From the IMG/VR virus record IMGVR_UViG_3300027804_002057: a stretch of DNA of 64,000 nt. One strand, written 5' to 3'. The translations under genes and the position numbers were made by a program. This DNA comes from a virus. Under the pieces are notes generated by a model. It ran no database searches, was not told where the DNA came from, and saw only the letters and a program-made list of their open reading frames with translations. Shown here piece after piece: positions 20,601 to 29,452 of this stretch; position 1 is the stretch's first letter, and every line of letters starts with the position of its first letter.

Positions 20601-23600
20601 TAATGTTGGTCCTAATTGAGTTGAAGTTGCAGTTGATGGTTCTATGTAATAATATCTACCAGCCTCTATACTTCTTTCATTTCCACCATAAACAATATCA
20701 GTTGCTACCGCATCTAAGATATATCCTACATCTCTCTTACAAGTATCTTCATTGTATTGGAATCCATTCCAACTAGCAGAAACATAAGCAATTACTTCAT
20801 TTGCTATAAAGTTTTTATTACTTACAATAAGCTCTTTTGCTTGTAATTTATTTTGAGAAACTTTAATAAATTGTTGGTTTCTTAATAATTTATCTGCTAA
20901 GTTTTTAGCGTAAGTTACTCCAGTTACAGTTTCTTTTAATTGAGAACCAGTTGCTGCCGATGGATATAGGTAATAGTAAACTCCAGACTTAACACTTCTT
21001 TCATTACCACCCCATTTAATATCAGTTGCCACAGAATCAATAATATATCCTACATCTCTACGGCAAGTTGTTTCATCATATTGCTTAGTACTCCAAGAAG
21101 AACTAATATATGCAATAGTTTCGTTTTGTATAAATTGCTTATTATACTTTAATAAATCATAAGCAACATTTGATTGTGAAGTAGGTAAACTAAACTGAAC
21201 ACCTCTTACTACTTTTTGTGCTAATTGAGATGCGTATATAATACCATCTAAAGTTTGATTTAATTGTGCACCTTGCGCTTGAGATGGATATTCATAATAG
21301 AACTTACCATTTACAACCGAAGCAGAGTTACTATTAAATACCAAATCTTCAGCTGCTCCACTAATAATTAATCCAACATCACGTCTACACTTAGTTTCAT
21401 CATATGATGCAGTACTCCAAGAAGATGATAAGTAAGCTATTACTTCATTTTGTATAAATGGAATGTTATTTTTAAGAATTCCATAAGCTATCCATTTATT
21501 ATCATTACTTAAAGGTGATGTATATGATGATGTAGATAATCCAGTTATTATAGAACCAGTTCCATTAGCTATAATATTGGTTACAATAGAAATTGATGCT
21601 GATATTAAATTACTTTCAGTAATAGTTGCTGATGATGCTGAAATGTATTGTTGTGTACCAGTAACTTTAATATTATTGTTTGTATTTGAAACTATTGTTG
21701 GTACTACATTTAATCCGTTTTCTAAAATATTAATTATAGTGTTGAAACTTGCGCTTACACTATTTAACGGATTTCCAAAATAAGATGAAGATAAAGCTAC
21801 TGATGATGAATACTGATTAGTATCAGTTATTTTTACTAATGCAGCTGTATTTTTAACCAATGATGGAATTGAGCCTGTTCCATTTTCTACAATATCTAAA
21901 ACAATATCAAATGAAGTATTTGATGTAGTTTTATATGTTTGAGATATTGATGCGGTTGATATAAATTGATTTACATTTGTTCTCTTAACCAATCCACTAG
22001 CATTATTAACTATTGTTGGTATTGAACCTGTGCCATTATCAATAATATCAATAACAATATCAAATGAATTTTTTACTTTTAAATAATCAGCAGGTTGTGG
22101 AGTTATAGATGATGTATGTTGTGTATAAACATATTGATTACTTACAACACTATTTGCTAAAGTTCTAGCATAATTGATTCCTTCTAAAGTTTGCTCTAAC
22201 TGAGAACCAGTTGCTTGTGATGGGTATAAGAAATAAAATCTACCAGCTTCAATACTTCTTTCGTTACCACCATATAAAATATCAGTAGCAACATTATCAA
22301 TAATATAACCAACATCTCTTTTACATTTATCTTCGTTATAAGATACTGTTGAAAGATTTGCATTAATCTTAGCTATTGTTTGATTTTGAATCCAATATTT
22401 GTTATCTAATAGTAAATCATATGCAGTTTGCTTAGATAAAGATGCAGTTTGGAATATTACATTTTGTACAATTTTTTGAGCAAGTCCACTAGCATATCTA
22501 ATACCATCTAAAGTTTGATTTAATTGTGCACCTTGTGCTTGTGATGGATATTCATAATAGAATTTACCATTTATAGCAGATGCTGATATAGAATTGAAGA
22601 TTAAATCTTCCGCTGCTCCACTTACTATTAATCCAACATCACGTCTACATTTACTTTCATCATATGAAGCTGTACTCCAAGAAGATGATAAGTAAGCGAT
22701 AGTTTCATCTTGTATAAATTTAATATTTTGCTTTAATAAATTATAAGCGTAATATGCATTAGATGCAGATGTTGCTGAACTATAAACTGATACAGATGGT
22801 ACTGCTGAAAGCCCATTTGCTACAATATTCATTACCAATCCAAATGAAGAAGAAAGTATATTTGCTTCATTTGATGTACCAATATATGATGATGTAATGT
22901 ATTGCTGAGTGGTTGTTGCTTTAATATTATTAGTTGTATTTAAAACAACAGAAGGTATAGAACCAGTTCCGTTTTCTACAACATCCAAAACTATTGCAAA
23001 TGATGAACTTACATTTTGTACATCTATTGTATCTACATTATTTGAAGAAGTTATTTGAGAACCTGCTATTCTTGCAACACCTTTTAATGAAGATGATACT
23101 ATTGTTGGAATAACTGCAACCCCTTTATCAATAATATTGATTACATTACCAAATGATGATGATATTATTAACTTATCAGAATCATTTGTAGAATTATTTA
23201 TTTTATATTGTATAGAATTTGTCTTTTTTATACCAGCATCAGTATTAGATACTAATGATGGGTATGCAGAGCTTCCACTTTCTATTATTTTAGAGACTGT
23301 ATCAAATCCATCTTCTATTGCTTTACCACCAATTGCTATTAGTTTTGATAAATCTCTACCAAAATTAATAGCATCAATTGTTTCCTCACTTTGGTCAGAT
23401 GTTGCTAAATTTGGATATTTGTAATAGAATCTTCCAGAAATTATACTTCTTTCATTACCACCATATACCAAGTCAGTAAGAACACCATCAAGTATAAATC
23501 CAACATCTCTATAACACTTAGAAGTATTATATTTTAATGAAGGATATACTTCACTTACATAATCAATTACATTTTGTTGTATTAATGCTCTTTGCTCTTT

Positions 23601-26600
23601 AACTAATTGTCTAGCGTTTAATACTAATGTTGTTGGTTGTACTAAAACTTTATTTAAAATAATGTTTTGTGCTAATCTATTAGCGTATTCAACACCAGTT
23701 GTAGTTGGGTCTAATTGTGCAGTTGTAGAAGGTACACCACCAACAGTTGCTGATGATGGGAATTTATAATAAAACTCGCCCGCAATAGATGTTCTCTCAT
23801 TACCACCATACACTAAATCGGTTCTTACTGCATCAATAATATACCCTACATCTCGCTTACATTTATCTTCATTGTATAATACACCACTCCAAGAAGAACT
23901 TACATATTCAACAACTTCATTTGCTATAAGTTGTTTGTTCTCGCTCATCAATCTACTTGCTTCTAATTTATCAGAATTAGCTGATTGGAATATCGAACCA
24001 CTTACAATATTTTGTGCAATTCTACTAGCATATTTTACACCATCGGTTGTTTGTAGTAATTGAGAACCAGTTGCCTGTGATGGGTATAAGAAATAATACA
24101 AACCTGCTACTCTACTTCTTTCGTTACCACCATAAACTAAGTCAGTTCGTACCGCATCAATAATATAACCCACATCTCTCTTACAAGTTGTTTCGTTATA
24201 ATCAAATCCACCCCAAGAAGAACTTAAATATGCAATAGTTTCATTTTGTATAAACTCTTTGTTATTAAATAATAAAGCGTTTGATGCAGAAACATTTGTT
24301 GATGGTAAACTAAATGTTATACCTTGTGTAATTACTTTTTGTGCCAATCTACTTGCGTAGTTGATACCATCTAAAGTTTGATTTAATTGTCCACCAGTAT
24401 CACCATCATTACCAATAGTTGCTTGTGATGGATATTCATAATAGAATTGTCCGTTTACAATAGATGCGGAGTTAGCACCAAATAAAAGGTCTTCAGCTGC
24501 TCCACTTATTATTAAACCAATATCTCTCTTACATTTAACTTCATCATATTGGAATCCACTCCAAGAAGAACTTAAATATGCAATAGTTTCATTTTGTATA
24601 AATGGAATGTTAGCTTTTAATATTTGATATACACCAACTTTAGTAGAAATACTTGCGGTATAAATTGTTTTTGCAAAAAGGTCTACATTTCCAGTTTCAA
24701 CTATTTGAGTTACTTTAGAAATAGATTGAGAAATAAATGATATATCTTCCAAACTACCACTATAAGATGCTGATATAAATTGTGAAGTTGACGTTACTTT
24801 GATATTTCCTGCAGTATTTTGAACTAATGTTGGTAATACTGAAGTTCCGTTTGTTATTGCATTTATTATTGTACCAAAAGAAGAACTTATACTAGCGGTT
24901 TGATTATTCGTACCAACATTTGCACTAATCCATTGTGGAGTTGATGTTACTTTAATACTTGCCGATGTGTTTGAAACAAATGTATCTAATTGAGATAATC
25001 CACCACTAATAATTTCAACAACATACGCAAATGATTGTGAAATAGATGAAGTTAAATTAGAAGAAACAGTTGAACCAAATACTTGCTCAATATCGGTTAC
25101 TTTAATTAAATTTTCTACAGAAGATGTAAATACAGGCTCTGCTACAATTCCACCACCAATAATAGAAGTAACAATATTAAAGTTTCTATCAATAGTATTA
25201 ACTTCATTTGGTGTTACATATGATGATGTTATTTGTGAACCACTTGTTACATTTAATGGATTTGCAACATTCCAGTTTTGTCCAGTGTTTTGTGCTAAAA
25301 TAGATGGAATTGCTGATAATCCTCTTTTAATAATTCCTTCCATTATTGAGAAAGAACTACTAATTATATTTTGTTGTGTTTTAGTTCCACTTACAGATGA
25401 TGTAACATTTGTATTAGATGTTACTTTAATATTTTTTTCATCATTGTTTACAATTCTTGGTGTATCTAAAATAATATTTTGTACAATATAATCTCCAATA
25501 ATTTTAGAATACTTTATACCACCAATTGTTTCTTTTCTTTGAATAGAAGTTGCAACAGATGGATAATCGTAATAATATCTACCAGCAGTTACAGCTCTTT
25601 CGTTACCACCATATAATAAATCGGTTGCTACATTATCAATGATGTACCCAACATCACGTCTACACTTATCAGTATTATATTTTAATTGTGGATACGCAAC
25701 ATTGATATATTCTATGGTTTCGTTTTGAATTAAAGATTTATTTTGTTTAAGTAAATCATAAGCAGCTTGTGTTGATGCATTTGGTTGATTAAATGTTTTA
25801 TTTTTAACCAAATTTGTTGCTACACCAGCAGCATATCTTATACCATCTAATGTTTGTCCTAATTGTCCTTCTGAATCACCATCACCTCTTACAATTGCTA
25901 ATGATGGGTATAAATAATAAAATCTACCCGCCTCTCTAGCTCTTTCATTACCACCATATTTTAAATCGGTAATTACAGCATCTACAATATATCCAATATC
26001 TCTACGGCATTTAGTTTCATTATAATAGAAATTAGACCAAGACGAACTTAAGAATGTTATAGTTTCTTCTTGTATAAATTTTTTATTTTCAAATAAATTA
26101 TCAGCTACATTTTTCTTTTGTTGCAAATATGCATTATCTAAAATATTAGTGAAGTTTGAATTTTTAACTAAATTTATAGCTAATCCAGCTGCATATTTTA
26201 CTGCTGTTTTTGTTGGGTCTTTTTGTACAGTTGTTGCTTCAGATGGATATTCGTAATAGAATCTACCAGCAGTAATACTATTATTGTTACCACCATAAAT
26301 AAGGTCTTGACAAACAGCATTAACTAAGTAACCAACATCTCTACGGCAAGTTGCTTCATCATAACTAAAATCAGACCAAGATGAAGATACATATTGAATT
26401 ACTTCTTCTTGTATAAATGTCTTACTTCCAGTTAAAATTTCATAAGCATTTAATATATCAACATCATTTGTGGATTGATTACTTCCAGATATTGTTTGTG
26501 GATATGTTAATGTATTTGAAATTAAATAGAATGGTGTTTCTGAATTATTTACAATATCAAACTTACCACTTAATGTATTATTAATTTGTGCAGTATAATA

Positions 26601-28712
26601 TAATGTGTTTGGTGCATCATATGGGACAGTAAATGTTATATTACCAACACTATCACCATTGTTTACAACACCTTTATTATAATCATATCTATCATCAATT
26701 CCTTCATATAATTCTGTTCTAATAAAGAATGGATAATCTATACCACCCTGTCCTTCCGATGCACTTATGTAAAATTTATAAGTTTCCCCTCTATACAATC
26801 TAATTGTTGCATTTGGACCAACACCATCCCAATTATAAGATGAACTATTTACATTAGTTACTGTATAACTTCTTCTATGGTCATTTGGAATACTTAATAC
26901 GTTACTACCAGTACCATTTGCTAATATGTTATAAATTATACTAAAGCTTGAACTTACTTTATTAACCACATTTAATGATGAAGATACGCCTGTACTAAAT
27001 GGTTCTAAATTACCAACATATATACTAGCACTATTTGATGATGTTAATTGAGGAATTGCCGATATTCCATTTTTTATAATATTAACTACGGTTTCAAATG
27101 ATGATGATACACTTGATGATAAATAAGATGGTGCCCCTAATTGACTAATTGCTTCATCACTAATTCTTACACCCAAATCAGCTGAGGCTGTAAATTTGAA
27201 CGAACCAGTACCATTATTGAATATACTTAATATTACTCCGTATGAAGAACTTATACTATTTAAATCTTCTAAAGATGCAGATAATGATGATGTTATTTGC
27301 TCAGCTCCTAAAATATTATATGGAGAATCTGCACTATATCCTTTATTAGAACTTCTTGCTAATAAAGTTGGAAAATCAGATGTTCCATTTTCAACAATTG
27401 CACTAATTAATTTAAAATCAGATGATATTTCTTCTGCTGCTGTTGTTGATAAAGTTACATTCGATGAAGTTGTATATTGTGGAAATTGTGAAGGTGATGA
27501 TAAACGAATACCTTCCGCAGTATTTAATGTAGTTACTTCAGGTAAAGCATCTAAACCTCTATTCAATACATCAACAACCACACTCCAACTTGCTCTTACT
27601 CTATTTCTAGCATCAACGTTACCACCACTACCAGAAATAAAACGAGAACCAGACGCATACATACCATACAAACCAAACGAAATGTTTGAGTTGTTTAGGG
27701 TAGCATGTCCACCATTATTTACTCTAATAGCATAGTATGAGAAGTTATTAAAGAAAGATACCAGCTGAATAAATCCTCTACCATTTACCAAACATCCCAC
27801 ACCATTTGGAGAAATCTGCGTATAAGCATCCAATACCATTGAAGCCAATGGAGAATCTGGGTCTATCACATCACCATTAACATACAATCCACCACCACCC
27901 GGTGGAATTTCTTCATAAAGTTCGGTGAATGAATTCTCTTGGTTAGAAATCTGCGAGCAGTTCTGAACGTATGGTGAAGTTGTAATAAATGCACCCGGTT
28001 GGAAAGCAACGGCAAATCCTTTTTCAGGATTTATTTGGTCTGGGTATAATCTCAATCCACCCATAGTAACCTCTGCAATATAACATCCAGAGTTTACATA
28101 GAATAGGTCTTCTGTGGGGTTCTTGGCATTAATTTTGGTAATACGCAAACCAGCACCCCAAATGGTTGTATTCTTAGGAAGAATCACAGGATTATCCTCT
28201 AAATACGTTCCCGCTTGAACCTTAATTACATATCCATTATATATCGAACCAGTATCAAAACCATATCTACCATCGTAGCCCGGAGATGATAATTGTGCTG
28301 CTCTTTTAATTGTACGAAGTGGATATTGAATACTTCTACCATCATTTGTATCATCTCCATCGGTTGAAGATACATAAAGTGTAGGTAAGTTAGCACCAAA
28401 ATCTTTTGCAAGGATACCAGCATATCTTTGAGTATCATCTGAACTCAAAGAACCACTTGCTTTAATAGATAATACCGTATCAGGTGCACCTACAAATAAA
28501 TCACCATCTATTGTAAGAGAACCAGTTAAAAACACAGAACCAGTTAATTCACTTTTTGAACCAGTATCGCTTCCTATAAAAAAACTTTTGGATACAAAAA
28601 GAGAACCTGATATAATAGCATCATTACCAAGAAATAAATTTTCTTGCACAGTAAGAGAACCAGTTATATTCTGTTGTTCTTCAATTTGTTTACGAGGTAT
28701 CAGTCTTGCCAT
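14688..28712 (-). CDS. Giant virion structural protein (4674 aa): pectin-lyase-like beta-helix interrupted by 25 CxRD helical repeats
   Basis: The N-terminal LYVSSTDGDDTNDG...PLRTIKRA...IKVQAGTYLE start is typical of a beta-helix. 25 copies of C-x-R-D-[VILT]-[GA]-[YLF] with GGNERS/YYxYPS. C-terminal GGGRIFFTSGNQDGDFRIG. Confidence 0.85.
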   Translation of the reverse strand: MARLIPRKQIEEQQNITGSLTVQENLFLGNDAIISGSLFVSKSFFIGSDTGSKSELTGSVFLTGSLTIDGDLFVGAPDTVLSIKASGSLSSDDTQRYAGILAKDFGANLPTLYVSSTDGDDTNDGRSIQYPLRTIKRAAQLSSPGYDGRYGFDTGSIYNGYVIKVQAGTYLEDNPVILPKNTTIWGAGLRITKINAKNPTEDLFYVNSGCYIAEVTMGGLRLYPDQINPEKGFAVAFQPGAFITTSPYVQNCSQISNQENSFTELYEEIPPGGGGLYVNGDVIDPDSPLASMVLDAYTQISPNGVGCLVNGRGFIQLVSFFNNFSYYAIRVNNGGHATLNNSNISFGLYGMYASGSRFISGSGGNVDARNRVRASWSVVVDVLNRGLDALPEVTTLNTAEGIRLSSPSQFPQYTTSSNVTLSTTAAEEISSDFKLISAIVENGTSDFPTLLARSSNKGYSADSPYNILGAEQITSSLSASLEDLNSISSSYGVILSIFNNGTGSFKFTASADLGVRISDEAISQLGAPSYLSSSVSSSFETVVNIIKNGISAIPQLTSSNSASIYVGNLEPFSTGVSSSLNVVNKVSSSFSIIYNILANGTGSNVLSIPNDHRRSYTVTNVNSSSYNWDGVGPNATIRLYRGETYKFYISASEGQGGIDYPFFIRTELYEGIDDRYDYNKGVVNNGDSVGNITFTVPYDAPNTLYYTAQINNTLSGKFDIVNNSETPFYLISNTLTYPQTISGSNQSTNDVDILNAYEILTGSKTFIQEEVIQYVSSSWSDFSYDEATCRRDVGYLVNAVCQDLIYGGNNNSITAGRFYYEYPSEATTVQKDPTKTAVKYAAGLAINLVKNSNFTNILDNAYLQQKKNVADNLFENKKFIQEETITFLSSSWSNFYYNETKCRRDIGYIVDAVITDLKYGGNERAREAGRFYYLYPSLAIVRGDGDSEGQLGQTLDGIRYAAGVATNLVKNKTFNQPNASTQAAYDLLKQNKSLIQNETIEYINVAYPQLKYNTDKCRRDVGYIIDNVATDLLYGGNERAVTAGRYYYDYPSVATSIQRKETIGGIKYSKIIGDYIVQNIILDTPRIVNNDEKNIKVTSNTNVTSSVSGTKTQQNIISSSFSIMEGIIKRGLSAIPSILAQNTGQNWNVANPLNVTSGSQITSSYVTPNEVNTIDRNFNIVTSIIGGGIVAEPVFTSSVENLIKVTDIEQVFGSTVSSNLTSSISQSFAYVVEIISGGLSQLDTFVSNTSASIKVTSTPQWISANVGTNNQTASISSSFGTIINAITNGTSVLPTLVQNTAGNIKVTSTSQFISASYSGSLEDISFISQSISKVTQIVETGNVDLFAKTIYTASISTKVGVYQILKANIPFIQNETIAYLSSSWSGFQYDEVKCKRDIGLIISGAAEDLLFGANSASIVNGQFYYEYPSQATIGNDGDTGGQLNQTLDGINYASRLAQKVITQGITFSLPSTNVSASNALLFNNKEFIQNETIAYLSSSWGGFDYNETTCKRDVGYIIDAVRTDLVYGGNERSRVAGLYYFLYPSQATGSQLLQTTDGVKYASRIAQNIVSGSIFQSANSDKLEASRLMSENKQLIANEVVEYVSSSWSGVLYNEDKCKRDVGYIIDAVRTDLVYGGNERTSIAGEFYYKFPSSATVGGVPSTTAQLDPTTTGVEYANRLAQNIILNKVLVQPTTLVLNARQLVKEQRALIQQNVIDYVSEVYPSLKYNTSKCYRDVGFILDGVLTDLVYGGNERSIISGRFYYKYPNLATSDQSEETIDAINFGRDLSKLIAIGGKAIEDGFDTVSKIIESGSSAYPSLVSNTDAGIKKTNSIQYKINNSTNDSDKLIISSSFGNVINIIDKGVAVIPTIVSSSLKGVARIAGSQITSSNNVDTIDVQNVSSSFAIVLDVVENGTGSIPSVVLNTTNNIKATTTQQYITSSYIGTSNEANILSSSFGLVMNIVANGLSAVPSVSVYSSATSASNAYYAYNLLKQNIKFIQDETIAYLSSSWSTASYDESKCRRDVGLIVSGAAEDLIFNSISASAINGKFYYEYPSQAQGAQLNQTLDGIRYASGLAQKIVQNVIFQTASLSKQTAYDLLLDNKYWIQNQTIAKINANLSTVSYNEDKCKRDVGYIIDNVATDILYGGNERSIEAGRFYFLYPSQATGSQLEQTLEGINYARTLANSVVSNQYVYTQHTSSITPQPADYLKVKNSFDIVIDIIDNGTGSIPTIVNNASGLVKRTNVNQFISTASISQTYKTTSNTSFDIVLDIVENGTGSIPSLVKNTAALVKITDTNQYSSSVALSSSYFGNPLNSVSASFNTIINILENGLNVVPTIVSNTNNNIKVTGTQQYISASSATITESNLISASISIVTNIIANGTGSIITGLSTSSYTSPLSNDNKWIAYGILKNNIPFIQNEVIAYLSSSWSTASYDETKCRRDVGLIISGAAEDLVFNSNSASVVNGKFYYEYPSQAQGAQLNQTLDGIIYASQLAQKVVRGVQFSLPTSQSNVAYDLLKYNKQFIQNETIAYISSSWSTKQYDETTCRRDVGYIIDSVATDIKWGGNERSVKSGVYYYLYPSAATGSQLKETVTGVTYAKNLADKLLRNQQFIKVSQNKLQAKELIVSNKNFIANEVIAYVSASWNGFQYNEDTCKRDVGYILDAVATDIVYGGNERSIEAGRYYYIEPSTATSTQLGPTLSGIGHAKHMLEQVLSNNVFVSSSLSRQTVYQLLVDNKELIQTETIGFLNSAWSFFEYNEAKCRRDVGYIVDAVATDILYSGNESSARAGEYYYLYPSLATVDGDGDSAGQLGQTLDGIKYAKGISEKIARNILLQKPTISEITAWELLNKNKQFVQKETIAFLSSSWVGINNFQFNEASCSRDVAYIIDNVATDLVYGGNERSSKAGEYYYLYPSAATVTSSVSPTTDAQKGPTLDGITFAAGVSQKVISNQLLSYPTEYVQSAYSLMVSNRQFIQNETIQFIDAFYPYLVYNREKCRRDVGYIVNNVATDLWYGGNQRSIIAGDYYYRYPSKATKTEQVKETVAGVDYVKALSKKIVQNIKLVSPTTTSNVDNNIKVGNINQYTSSINVGSTKISEVSSSFSTVTKVIESGLTALPTFVGNGVNAIKVTSEPIVSSSISASVVEIGITTSSFELIKDIIYNGSASLPDALASNFNYGFELLTPTLLHISSHTQILGSGSYNSQTSSISSSFGNVINIIKNGTNVIPNVVTNVSSSVKITSATQILPILSGSEYQKNRISNLFGNVLNIVENGTTVIPTPILNTSASFKVTNTQQIRLTDGVNRDLQSKLVSSSFGVVIDVLLNSGTSSISYVGPQAVANTNTKITSSYNLLINNTDLIVNETIAYMSSSWSSFYYDEAKCRRDVGLIVSGAAFDLLFGGNSASLTNGKYYYDYPSQATTTQLDQTITALKFASGIAQKAVKSTLMYHISESAWYSQATSASYTSLIKNKGFIQSESIAYVSSSWQGFDYNELSCSRDIGYIVDAVATDLLYGGNERSIVAGRYYYDYPSQATSAQLEPTLTGVRYAKGLAMRVVSGSLLTSTDAATQYAYNLLKSNKTFIQEETLAFVNAKYPELDYIESKCKRDVGYIVDAVATDLLYGGNERSNKAGEFYYLYPSLATGVQLDETTTAIDYARRLAQSIVNSVYISEPQPILNTANNIKVTSQTQYTSSNSASAYEVNRVSSSFAVVTNIIENGIGVIPSLVSNVSQSIKFTTTNQYLSSSYGTDYEASLISASISIVTNIIANGIGVAGTPVNYSTPSTASNVYYAYNLLKENIGFIQNETIAYISSSWSTASYDESKCKRDVGLIISGAAEDMLFGVDSASIVNGKFYFESASQATTSQLNFTLDGIFFASRMAQKVLQNIQYQTASLERTTAWTLLNQNKSFIQKETIAYLSSSWVTGSNTDTPFLYSQSKCERDLGYILDAVATDVYYGGNERVREAGRYYFLYPSSATGSQLDETLDGIRYAGQLAQKLIVNTQFVTASAHASASHALMKQNKGFIQAEVLSYITSSWNEFTYSLDKCKRDVGLIIDAVATDVLYGGNERSTKAGTYYYTYPSKATGSQVEQTINAVNFAKDVAVNIIKNTTFTTASQAVSASVELLRNNRQFIQEETIQYLTASWSTFDYNKEKCRRDVGYIIDGVATDLLYGGNERTYMSADFYFKYPSKATLLGDGDGEGQLKQTVEGINYASRIAQKVIQNVVFQTASLQVSASFDLLRKNKTFIAAETIAYVSSSWSGVYYNQASCSRDVGYLIDATATDLLYGGTERSVTAGTYYFAFPSKATVAGVPSEASQLDPTITGVRWAGRLATKVITNPTFQLPSSSLVTTVDLLKYNKSLIQKETITFLSSSWSTLKYNEVSCSRDLGFIIDAIRTDLVYGGNERSIEAGSYYYRIPSVAIYDSYTDNGTIGQKKQTVDGINFARGLSEKVVANTLLTYLAPSTKRRQAAVRLVAAKEELKQRAIGYTNGAFPYLVYNEASCSRDTGLIVDACATDLLYGGNERAIAAASSYYTGQYGSAQAVISSQKLETLETNRYLRTRAEFVAAGAPLESFGSLIVATGIDYSYNGSGVTFKALPPNQGGSGVANPIYEITELGGGRIFFTSGNQDGDFRIGTGLSINQATGTLVGRTFSKSLFSLVTPFSLALQI

Positions 28713-29095
28713 TATACTACTTCCGCTATTTTTCCTTTTATTTCAAAATCTGTTGCTTTTACTTCATTTGGTAATCTAGTAATATCGGCAACAAATGTAA
28801 CAATTATATTATTTTCAACAACTTCAACAGAATATCTATCTTGTGGTTGCTTTACTCCAAATAAATATATATCAATGTAGTCTTTTACATTGTCAATTTC
28901 TAATATATCAACAATAAATCTTTTATTTATCAAAGTTAATGTAAAGTATATCTCATCCGATACAGAAATTAAATTTGGTGTATAAGAATAAATAAATGTT
29001 TCAGCATTAACTTGTATAACAAAATTTTTGAATCCAAGTCTATCTCTTAACTTTTGTGTAGTATCTATTGCAATATTTGGTACTTTTCTTCTCAT
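28712..29095 (-). CDS. Hypothetical virion protein (paralogue of the 118-aa ORF and the C-terminal domain of the gp15-like protein)
   Basis: IDIYLFGVKQ...YSV...DFEIKGK. Translationally coupled to its neighbours by TAATG overlaps. Confidence 0.6.
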   Translation of the reverse strand: MRRKVPNIAIDTTQKLRDRLGFKNFVIQVNAETFIYSYTPNLISVSDEIYFTLTLINKRFIVDILEIDNVKDYIDIYLFGVKQPQDRYSVEVVENNIIVTFVADITRLPNEVKATDFEIKGKIAEVV

Positions 29096-29451
29096 TATTT
29101 AATATTTTCTACATCACCATTTATTTTTACCTCATCCGTTTCATCTAAAACATAAGGATTTCCAAAACGGTCAAATTGTGGAAAATTGATTTTTTTAAAA
29201 TTTATATAAAAATCATTTTGTATTTGCTCAACAACATAATCATTCTCCGATATAAATAATCCATTTATAAAAACATCGAATCTTGCAGAAGGTTTTCTAA
29301 ATTCTTCCAATCTTGAGAATAATGTTTTTATTCTAACATTTTCAACTTTATAAATCCAGTAATATGGATGATTTAAATCGTGAGGAAACAACTCAAATTC
29401 ATTTGGTTCATTTACCTCTTTCATTATATTTTTAAGATGATTTATATTCAT
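29095..29451 (-). CDS. Hypothetical virion protein
   Basis: FDVFINGLFISENDYVV...DEVKINGD. Coupled to its neighbours. Confidence 0.6.
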   Translation of the reverse strand: MNINHLKNIMKEVNEPNEFELFPHDLNHPYYWIYKVENVRIKTLFSRLEEFRKPSARFDVFINGLFISENDYVVEQIQNDFYINFKKINFPQFDRFGNPYVLDETDEVKINGDVENIK

Positions 29452-29452
29452 A

